Positions 11,144 through 21,669 of a DNA stretch of 64,000 nucleotides are shown one piece after another. This DNA comes from Chrysomallon squamiferum. Its lineage: Eukaryota; Animalia; Mollusca. The DNA lies in NCBI GenBank assembly GCA_012295275.1, contig CM022675.1, positions 16,616,001-16,680,000 on the forward strand. Reading direction: 5' to 3'. The notes below the pieces were generated by a model. It was given only the letters and a program-made list of their open reading frames with translations, searched no databases and had not been told where the DNA came from. How positions within the stretch are numbered: position 1 is the first letter of the stretch; each line of letters opens with the position of its first letter. The translations under genes were made by a program, and so were the position numbers.

Positions 11144-14100
11144 TAGACACAATGAAGAATAAATATTTGTAAATGTACAACTGAATCTTTTTAATAAAAA
11201 TTTTCAGGACTTGGACTTAATTGAAGTTCTGTGGAGACAGGATATTGATTTAGGTGTTGGCAAAGATGTCTTTGATGTCGATCTCCGAAGAAAACTTGAA
11301 CAGGAACGAGAACTTGAGTTACAGCAGCAACGTGCAAAGGTTTGTTAGTCTGGTTTAAAATATTAATAATTTGATCACTGATAAATACATACATTTATTT
11401 AGAATGTTTATTTTATGTGTTAATGCTTCTGAGTTTAAAATTGCATTGAAATAAGCATTAAAACATAATTGAAGGTATTTGTTAACTTTGATCCTTATTA
11501 TATATTTTTAATGAATTTATATTAGTTCTATTTTTATTATATCTATACCAGTATTTTTAAATATGTTGTGTGTATTGCAGCAAAACAAGAACAGTTACTA
11601 TTTTTTTGATTGGTAATATTCATTTTATTTTTCAAAATCAGTTTTCCAATTTCCTAAATAAATTTTGTGTATTTAAGAAAAAAAGATATATTATTTGCAA
11701 GAAACACTCTGAAATAAACTTTTCCTGTTTCATATTTTATTGTATATCAATATTCAGTTTTTTGAAGAAGAAAAAACTTAGATAATCTTATTACATTTCA
11801 CAACAGACACTTAAAGTTTATTTTATGTAAATTTATTTTGCAGCAAAAACAAGAAGAATTAATACGACAAAAGAAGGAGGAAGAGAAGAGACAGCTGAAT
11901 CAGCAGTGGTTATCTCAGAATTTTATGCAAGATGGTGAAACTGGTAAATAAGTTTATCCATTTCATGTGTTTTCACTTAATAACAGGTACCAGTAGTTAG
12001 CATCACAAGTAAGTAAAGCTTGGCCAACAGCCTAAAAACAGATCTATTTTATAATAATAATTATTTAATAGATTGTATGTTTATAAATCTCCAGATAAAT
12101 GTTACAGCCTGTTCATGTTTTGTTTTACCATTGGATATTCTTAAAACTTGAATTAATTTAAAGTTATTTATACTATTTTACCATTTTCTCCTAATCTGAT
12201 ATTCTGAGCTTAGAGCATAAAGCTTTAAATAGAAACTATGAAATTTTCTTGACAATAGCAGGACAGGTAGAATGTACACAACAGAAAATCTGTATGAACA
12301 TGTTAGTATTTGATATGTGAGATATATTTTTGTTGTTGACAGGTGAGTGGTTACCTTTGGAAGCTCCTGCTGCTGGATTGGAAACTGATATTTTTAATGC
12401 ATCACATGTTGCTGTAAGTTGCACATACATATTTAAAACAATATATAAAAATAGATGAACATACTGTTTAAAAATTTGTCCTAAATGATAAAATATGCTG
12501 ATTAATACAAAATATTAAAAATTTAATGCCCATTTTATTTTATATTTTATATTGATTTCTATTTTTAAAAAGCTGTTACACAGAGTTTCTAAGTTAATGT
12601 GTTATGTTTAGTTGTTTAGTGTTTTCTAATGCAACCTTTTTTCAAAGATAAAAAGAAATATGAAATTAACATGTTAAATTTCCTTCCAGGAAAATTTCTC
12701 ACTTGAGGAAGCACTGCAGATTTTATCTTCTCCACCAGTACAGGAGAAAGTGGAGAGTTTTATTCCAACTGAAAACACAACACAGATTCCAGAACTTCTG
12801 CCAGTGACAAATTTACAGCAGACAGCACCAGTGCAGCCAGTACAATACTTCAACAACTACGTGGAAGAAACTGTACCTCAGTTTCCAAATCACACAACTC
12901 AGGTACATTATGTTACTGCATGTTACTTAATATTTTACCAGATGTCTTCACAAATAAATTTAATATTTGTTTTGGACTTGCATTAGTTGTAAATAATCTG
13001 CCTTAGTATGTCAGCTTGTAATAAATTGTATTCACTTAAAAATTAAAATATTTATCACAGAATTTCCTTCACTTTGACTGACTTTCTATTTATATATTTT
13101 TTTAGTAGTTTTTAATCTTACTCTGCCATTTGTATTATTTTATATAGAATGATTTTATCATGTATGAAAAACATTTATTAACATATTTGTTAAGTTAGGT
13201 TTTTGTAAAGTATAAATCTGAGTCATTCAACCCAAAATAGTTTCACAAGTTTAACAGTCTGTTTTCAGTGTGTAATACTTGTTCTTCTGATTTTACTTGT
13301 TTCATTTTTGTGTAAAAACAAAAACAAGGACACCCTAAATCTTTAGAAAAAATATGCAAAACATTAAGTAAATGAATATGATGACAAAGATGTATTAACC
13401 TAAATGATGTCACAAGAGAGGAAACTCTGTTTGAAAACAGCAGGTGGTGACTGTGTGTGTTGTCAGTCATACTGAGTAGTGAGGCAACTCATGATACAGC
13501 TTATTGGTGATGTCAGCAAACAGCTGTAGGCACTGTCAGGTCAGATGACAAGGAAGGATAGTGCTGGCTGTGAGATGGTGTTTTAGTGGAAATGCTAAGT
13601 TTACTGATATGTTATGTAGAAGTACTGTCCTGTCTCTGAAACATTATGTGCAGGTCAAACTATTCATTTTCAATGCAACTTCTATTTATGTAAATTATAG
13701 TATAAAAAGGTTTATAGAAGTTCTGTTGAAAATAAATACATAATAATATTTTTTATTTTTGTTGAGAGGCCAGTTTATTTGAAATATTTGTGATTTGTGA
13801 TATGACTTGGTAAAAATAATTTCTAAATGCTAACAATAGTACTGCAGTTCATCTTTTAACTAACTGACATTGTGTTTGAAGTAGATTTTATTTTAAATTC
13901 TTTTAACTGTTGTGCTTCTATTCCAGCCACAGCAGCTGCCTCCAGCACAGAATGGCGGACAAGCTGACAGTTTTCTTGAATGTCTTGCTGACTTGCTCGA
14001 CTTCAACCACCTCACACAGGAGGACTTGGATGCCTCCCGAAATCCTGAGTCTGAACTCCTGTCAAACACGTGCCAGATGAACAACAGCAATGTGCTCATA

Positions 14101-17100
14101 CAGAACGCCACTCTGCCACAACCAGCACCTAACAACACATTACCCACTCCTCTCACTGCTAACATGGGACTGCCGATGGCTATCAGCAACAACACCAATG
14201 GTTCGTGCATGTCACAGCTAAATGACACAGGTCAGTTCTTGATTATTTGCTTCAGTCTTAATGAGCATTTTTGATATTAGTGATTAAACTGTGCACTTTA
14301 TCTAACACATTTTGATATAGGTACAGAAAAATATCTGAACTTTATTAATAGCTTAAATCTCATTTAGCACATTTTGACATTAGTGTTAGTACAGAGCACA
14401 TTTTGATGTAGAACTTGATGATTATCTTAAATCTCACCTATCAAACTTTCACATTATATTATTAATGCAGAGAACTGAATCTTCTCATAATTCTTCATGA
14501 TGAAACAGTGTTTTGAATACATACATAACAGATATTTTTTACTGAATGTTGTCATTATTATTATTATTATTTTTTTTTTTTTTAAATTTGTCTCCAAATT
14601 GTGATTCTGAAAACTAATGACCATAGAATTTGTAAACATTTTTTTTTGATTCAGAGTATCATAGATTAAAAAAATAATGTAGACTATTTTAAATAATTGA
14701 AAGTATGAAATTAATTTTTACTTCAGAAAGCACATTCAGATGGATATACACATTTTCTTGAAGATTCAAACAAATGTAATAATTCATTGTTGATAGTTTT
14801 CATTATAGAAGCTGTGGTCTGCTAACATTTTAAATAATTTGTCTTTTTCAGCATTTCTGTCCCAGGCAGAGAATTTCAGTTCAACTGTTCCAGCAGTGGG
14901 CAGTTTTGAATCACTGGACTGGGAAGCAGAAGACATTTTCAGTAATGTTACCACAATGAACCAGCCTGGAACACTGGCCAATGTGTCTGAACTCGTTCTA
15001 CATGATGAAGCTATTCGCACAGGTAAATCTTAGTTTTTTTTTTAATCTCCTCTATAGTTACTTTGTGCAGCTAAAGATATTAAAGCAGATATTTGTTAGA
15101 TGTTGTTTATAACTGTCACAGTGACACAGGTGTTTGTTATTACATGTAGGGAATATAGGCATTAGAAGATTATGGCAGAATTGTGACAGTAGTTTTATTA
15201 TTGTGATGATATTCACTAGATAAATAACAATCAACAAGAATACAGCTTGAGTATTTTATTTATTTATAAGAATGTTTTTGTGATTATATACAATAAAATA
15301 AACAGAAGTGTGAAAACCTAAGTTAAAACATAGAATCATTTGAACCCTAATTAAAGATGGAATTGGTGACAGAAAAATAAAGTAATTACATTAATATAAA
15401 ATGAAACAAATACCCAGATTTAGATTCTGAATTTTTCTTGATGCCTGTATATATCGGATTCCTGTAGACATTAGTGAAAACCATAGAATCAAAGAGAAAA
15501 GAGAAGTTAGCCTTGGTTGACAAATTTCAAAACTGTGTTTGTTTGTCACACAAAATTAGCTGTATCTTGGCTGCAAATTTACTTAACAGTAAAATTTGAT
15601 AACTATCTTTAAAAAGTTCGTTATCACATATTTTCCTGTAACAATGTTATTTTGGATCATCAAACAGAACTAATTATTTGGATATATTAGCAGTTAAGGG
15701 CAATTTATTTATGGATTATAATTATTAATACATTTTTATTTAATATTAGTAATTAATTTATCTTTTCTCTGTTTCATACATAGACATGTTAAATTAGTAC
15801 TTAAAATTATTTATAGATAGTTTATGCAAAAGAAATGTATGAGCTTTTAGTAAAGTTGTTTAAAAATATATAATTTGGTGTATACAGTTGTGGACAATGA
15901 ATGTAATAAATTTAATTGTAAACTAATTTTTAAAAATTGACATTACAGTTTTAAAATTATCAGGTGTAATGTATGCGTGTGGTTTCAGAAAATGAACAGG
16001 ATATATTTGATCTTTTAATGTGTAGGACTTCAGACAATAGACATGATATATTTTATCTTTTAATGTGTAGGACTTCAGACAATGGACATGATGGACGCAT
16101 CGGCCAGCGTGGCCTCTGATCTGCTGCTGGATGAAGTGAGTGAAGATTCTGCTATTGAGTCCATGGGCAGTGCATCGCCATTTCAGGTACACACTGTCTG
16201 CTCATTTCTCTGGTAGAAACACCAGGTATCATAGAAAACAATGTTATAGCCTCTGGGTTTTTTACTTTCACATTATTTTTAATATTTAATTTGTTTATTG
16301 TTTTTTTTTTTCAGTAAAATATCTTAAATGTGAAAATTTCAGTATATGTTAAATAATATGAAAAGCTAACCTAAAATATTGCACTGATACTACATGCATT
16401 ACAGCAATGTCTGCTTCTGCTAAAAATTTAGTATTTATACAAACAATCTGAATACAGATTCTGCTTCATTGAGAGTGTTAGAACTGCAGAACTACAGAAA
16501 AAGCTCAAAGTCATATAATGTACACTCTAGATTAGTATTAGAAGATATATTTAAAAAATATAAAAGCTTTCAGTGCTGTTCGTGTAATGTAAGAATTACA
16601 TGCTGTTTGCTGCCATTAAAATTGATTTTAACATTTATTTAAACTTACTGCAACAAACTGTAGAAATCACTGATAAAACTTAGAGGTTTTTAATTTGATT
16701 TTAAATATTTAAATACATTGCAGCACGAAGCAGAAACTGTTGATGGAGTGGAAGGTGCTACTGGTGGAAGTGACTACGGCACTGGAAGTCCAGACTACTC
16801 AAAGACGTCAAAGTTGGAACCTGACGACTTCCGCTACTCCTACAGCGGCTCCTACAGTGGCTCTGAATCACCACACACTAACTGTTCAACATCGTCCAAT
16901 GACACAGACTTCAATCGTCCATCCAGCGGTCCACCAAAACACGTCAAACACAATCACACATACCCACTGCAGCCCGGGGAGACACCGCGGGAGGTGAAAG
17001 CTTACACCAAAGTGGAGAAGTCAAAACACAAAGGTCCTTACAGCAGGTAACAGTTTCATTCATTAATATTAGACATTGAATGTTGGATTTTAGTTACATT

Positions 17101-17841
17101 ATTAATAGGGGATACCAATATTGAAACAAAATGTGTTTATAAAGTAGATTTTTTTTTATATACATTTGATACTGATTGAAATGTTTGAAATGTGACAGTG
17201 ATAACAACAATTTTGAAAGTATTAACTATCAAAAATTTTCTTTGTCTTAAAATGTTCTGTTATTATTAAAATATTTTTCACTAAGTATAATTTTAAAAAG
17301 TTACATTTTTATTTGTGATTACAACTATTAATATTCTGTCTTTAATTATTATTTCAGAGATGAGAAGCGAATCTGTGAATTAAACATTCCATTTTCGGTG
17401 GATCAGATAATCGACGCCCCGGTTGAAGAGTTCAATGACATGATGTCCAAGTACAAGCTGACCGAGCCTCAGATACAGCTGATTCGAGACATTCGACGTC
17501 GAGGCAAAAACAAGGTGGCTGCCCACAACTGTCGCAAGCGAAAAATGGGAATCTTGATTTCACTGGAGGATGAGCTGGAGGAACTGAAAGCGGCCAAAGA
17601 CAAACTGCTACGAGAGAGGTCGTACATTGACAAGCAGACTCGCGAGATGAAGGAGAAGTTCAGCTACATGTACAGAGAGATTTTCAACTCCCTGCGAGAC
17701 GAACACGGCAATCCGTATGACGCCAATGAGTATTCACTACAGCAGCTTAGTGACGGCAACGTTTTCCTTGTACCCCGCCCAGTCCCGTCCGATGACAGCT
17801 CTCTGAAGACCACCAAGAAGAGAAAAAATGATAAAAAATAA
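10338..17841 (+). CDS. NFE2L1: CNC-bZIP transcription factor (cnc; NFE2L1/NFE2L2 co-orthologue), ER-anchored isoform ~825 aa; join(10338..10901,11208..11339,11844..11943,12343..12413,12690..12902,13927..14230,14852..15022,16071..16186,16724..17046,17358..17841)
   Basis: All introns GT-AG with matching phases (2478 nt). N-terminal [18 protein letters not shown] (NHB1), INAFLVE (NHB2), [23 protein letters not shown] domain, [18 protein letters not shown] basic region, leucine zipper, NVFLVP (Neh3). Confidence 0.93.
11208..11339 (+). CDS. NFE2L1: CNC exon 2 (DLG degron)
   Basis: ttttcag|[23 protein letters not shown]...QRAK|gt. Confidence 0.93.
11844..11943 (+). CDS. NFE2L1: CNC exon 3
   Basis: ttttgcag|[11 protein letters not shown]...NFMQDGET(G)|gtaaat, phase 1. 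Confidence 0.9.
12343..12413 (+). CDS. NFE2L1: CNC exon 4 (completes ETGE)
   Basis: gacag|(G)[23 protein letters not shown]|gtaagt. Confidence 0.88.
12690..12902 (+). CDS. NFE2L1: CNC exon 5 (Neh4-like SLEEALQIL)
   Basis: ttccttccag|[14 protein letters not shown]...PNHTTQ|gtacat. Confidence 0.85.
13927..14230 (+). CDS. NFE2L1: CNC exon 6 (Neh5-like and NST region)
   Basis: ttccag|PQQLPPAQ...[13 protein letters not shown]...QLNDT|gtcagt, phase 1. Confidence 0.85.
14852..15022 (+). CDS. NFE2L1: CNC exon 7
   Basis: tttttcag|(A)[10 protein letters not shown]...DEAIRT(G)|gtaaat. Confidence 0.82.
16071..16186 (+). CDS. NFE2L1: CNC exon 8 (Neh6-like DSAIES)
   Basis: gtgtag|(G)[12 protein letters not shown]...[15 protein letters not shown]|gtacac. 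Confidence 0.85.
16724..17046 (+). CDS. NFE2L1: CNC exon 9 (EGATGG, HNHTY)
   Basis: ttgcag|[15 protein letters not shown]...KHNHTY...PYS(R)|gtaaca, phase 2. Confidence 0.9.
17358..17841 (+). CDS. NFE2L1: CNC terminal exon (CNC domain, bZIP, Neh3)
   Basis: tttcag|(R)[18 protein letters not shown]...[17 protein letters not shown]...NVFLVP...KK*. Confidence 0.95.
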
Positions 17842-20149
17842 AGACTGGTGAAAACAAGATCTCCATTTAACTGCAGCCACACTGTTTTTCTAAAACATGA
17901 AGAAGAAATGTGCCTGAATTTTTACTGTAAGCCAATAAGAGAATTTCAATCATTACCACATCACACACATCAGCATATCAGACATTTTTATCATTTCTCA
18001 TTTTGTTTCTCTTTAATGGTGATGGCTTATGTTTTTAGTGGTACATGATTATCCTTTTTTTACTCCATATATTTAAAATAAAAAAGTAAATGCAGGTACA
18101 TAATTTTAATGGACAGCTTTCAATATCTGTATGTATTGTATACTGCTTAGAAGAAAGTAAAATGTAGTGTATTGCTAATGTGCTCACTGTCAGTATCAAG
18201 TGATGAGGCAGTTGTTTTTTTTTTGTGTTTTTTTTATTATTATTATTATTTCCATAACCATCTACCCAGTTACTAATTTGTACAGTTGATCTGTATAATA
18301 ATGGTTGCTATAGTGATTAAATTTGCATATTTTATTACTATGTGTAGTGGATATTGGTTGTTTATTGGGTACACATACCACTCTGTTCTGTGTCACAAGT
18401 AAGCCACAACTTCATTTTAACCCGTGCTGATAAGCATACCCTGCAGAATACACATACTAATGATTATAGTGGGTTTGAAAGGAAATGTTGACAGAGAATT
18501 GTTTTTATTTATTGTGTTATTCAGTATAATTAATTTAGAACTGATATTTGGTTATTTGTAGGTGTATCCTCAAACAAACAAATTGGTATGGGTATATGAA
18601 CATGATAAAAGAAAAAACTTCCATCTCCTTTATTAATATACAACTAATAAAACTGCAGTGTGATATGTTTAGAGCTGGGGTTATTCTGTGAGAAAATTAA
18701 GAAGAAATTTAGATAAGCAATGATGATGTTGGGATTTTGGTGGTAAACTTGAATTTTCTGTGATAAATTGTTTAGTAATTATTACACATTAACAAACAGT
18801 ACATGGTGAAACTTGAAATAAAATATTTCTAATTATTTTAATTTATTTCATTATTATTATTTTTTCTTTATTTAAGTGATTTAAATGCAAATATGAAAAT
18901 ACCCATTTATTACTTTTAAATTTTATTATGATTAATTATTTTATTTTAAATTTTTCGAGAAATATTATTTTAATATTTCTGTATGGTAAATAGACAGGAG
19001 TGTGAACTTAAGGAAATTGTATAGTTGAACACACTGACAACTTAGAACAAGATTTCTTATCACTTTTTTGTAATGTTTTTTCTAATCTTTGTTTTTGTAG
19101 AGTGGTAAGCCATTTTCAGGTTGTCATACTGTACAAGTGTCAAAATTTCACAATTTTAAATGTGTCTGAAGACTTTTGAAAACAAGTCTGTGTTGTGATG
19201 TCACTGCTGGATAATCCAGTGTAAATTATATATGTTGTAAGATTTCTGTTATTCACAATAACTCTTGATGTTTTATAAACCCGCCCAGAACAGTTTATTT
19301 TTTGTTGTAACTTTAGGTTATTATTATTATTACCTGTTTATTTTTAGTTTTTTTATTTGTTTTTACTTTTATGGTGTTTTGCAACTTGAATAACAAAAAC
19401 TAGAAAATTTAAATATTTGTTTTCATTTGATTTGTTCGAATTGTTGATTTTTATGATGCTTCACAAAGAGGTCATTTAAATATTTAAAATTTTTAAAATG
19501 TAAGCTGGATGATACCATTAAAACATTCCCCTTTTTTATGCCAGTGACTTTGTGCTACAAAACTTTTAAAATAGTGTGATACAGTTTTCATCAAATGCTT
19601 TATAATTTCTTGTACATACTGCATGAAAATCTTCAACAGAGATTTGCAATTCTTTGTAGGTTTTCTTATTTTTTCTTTTTTTTTTTTGTTAAAGAAAAAA
19701 ATGACATTTGTAACATAAGTTAAAAATAAAATTCACTCATTGAATATTGCTAAGTTGTACATTGCTTCATAGTGTGATATGCTAGTGATGTAAAACATTT
19801 TAAAGTAAAATATATAAAAATAATGAAATGAAAATCATGTTGTTAATTTGTGTACATTCATCTGCATAAACTGAAATATTTGTGAAGTCACTGACCTTTG
19901 ACTAATCAAATTATTAAGGTGTTTTTTTAATCAGAAAAAAATTGTTGGATTAATTATTATTTTAATGTTTTTATTATTTGGTGGGTTTTTTTAATTGTTT
20001 TTTTTTTTTAGTTGAACAGTATATATATATATATCTTTTTTTTTTTTTTACCTGGTAGTTTCACCTCAGATTTCATAACATTCGTTCCCAACATTTTAAT
20101 TTTCTTTTTATGTAATTATTTTCTCATCAGTGGATGGATTGATGGTAGA

Positions 20150-20530
20150 ACATTTTATTTCATAAACTTGAAATATATGTTTGACTGAATTGATATAGAA
20201 ATGTTTAATATGATACAAATAGAAGAAATTTTATTTTCTAAGATAAAATAAAAAAATGGTTGACACTATGAATGGTAGAAATATTAATATGAAACAGATG
20301 ATATACATTTTTTTTTCTTTAACTAAATATTTTTGACAGAATTGATGGTTCATATGAAACAGATAATATAACTCTTTTTCTTTAACTAAATAATGTATTT
20401 GATAGAATTGATGGTAGTTAATAAGAAACAGATGGTATACCTTTTTTCTTTAACTAAATATGTTTGATAGAAATGTTTATACGAACAGATAACAATTTTT
20501 TCTTTAAATAATGTTTATCAGAATTTATGT
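20150..20530. repeat. Degenerate ~60-bp tandem repeat in the presumed CNC 3' UTR
   Basis: Recurring ttttctttaactaaata...gatagaattgatggt...gaaacagat units. Confidence 0.6.
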
Positions 20531-21637
20531 AACTAAATTTTATATTGATGGTAGAAATGTTCTAACACACTGAATTATTTCTTTGACTCTTAGTTTGTTT
20601 CATGTCACACAGTTTTAGAACAATACATTTTGTTTGTTGGCAGAACGTACATGTTTAGCACCTGTTAATATGGAAATGCTCTGACACATGTAACAATTAC
20701 CGGTGTGAATATATGTTAACATGTATCAATGCTGTATGATTGTAACTGACCTGTTGATAGAAACTACTTGGAGAGTTAGGAGCTGACCAGACTGCCTGAT
20801 ACTCAGTTCACATAATAACATAAACGTGTCTTCACTTTTTCTAGGGATCTCAATATCTGCATTCTCTGTATTTTTTTTAAAATATTGCTAGTAACTTTTT
20901 TATTCACTTTTTTTTTTTTGGTTTTTTTTTTTTTTTGCTTTCTGCTGTAATGTTATTTATTTACTAAATTGCACCTAATTTCAGACTTTTTCATTTATTT
21001 CTGTTTTTAAGAACATTTGATCTTTTAAACAGTAAAAATTAAATTTTAAAATTTCCTAACTGCAACAATAAAGGAAAAAATAATTTGTGATTATTACCTT
21101 CAGCTGCACAAAAATGTTTAACTGTTAAAATTAGTTTCATGCCTTGAACACTAACTTAAAAAAATAAAAAATAAAAATAAATTATTATTATTATTATTTA
21201 TATTTTATTTTTTATTTATCGCACAGCTAAACAGAGCATTTATTCTTTGCCTAGAGTTGCACTGAGTATTGTAAACTGTTTTATTAGTTTTATGCCTGAA
21301 AAATGAATATTATTTTGATAATTTCTTTCTTTCTTTTCTTTAATATATCAGGCTGTTAACTCAAGGAAAGCTGAAAGAATGTTTGTTAAACATTTGTGAT
21401 TGTTGAAACCAGTGCTATGGAGAGGGCATATTGTTTTGTTAAAGTTTGTTTTACATATATTAGTTATGTATAATATATATTAGTTTGATTTTGTAGATAA
21501 TGCTCTGTTACAACAAACTAACATCTCAAGGGAAAATTTGGTTTCTGCAAAATGAAACTAAGCTTCATAACTGTATGTTTTCATTATATATTGAAATAAA
21601 ATATAATTTAATAATACTTTTTCTTTGTACTTTTTTA

Positions 21638-21669
<32 letters not shown>

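Noticed and set aside
13893-17882. Antisense and alternate-frame ORFs over CNC exons (13893, 14784, 15923, 16740, 17664)
   Set aside because: Shadows of real coding exons, with no independent motifs
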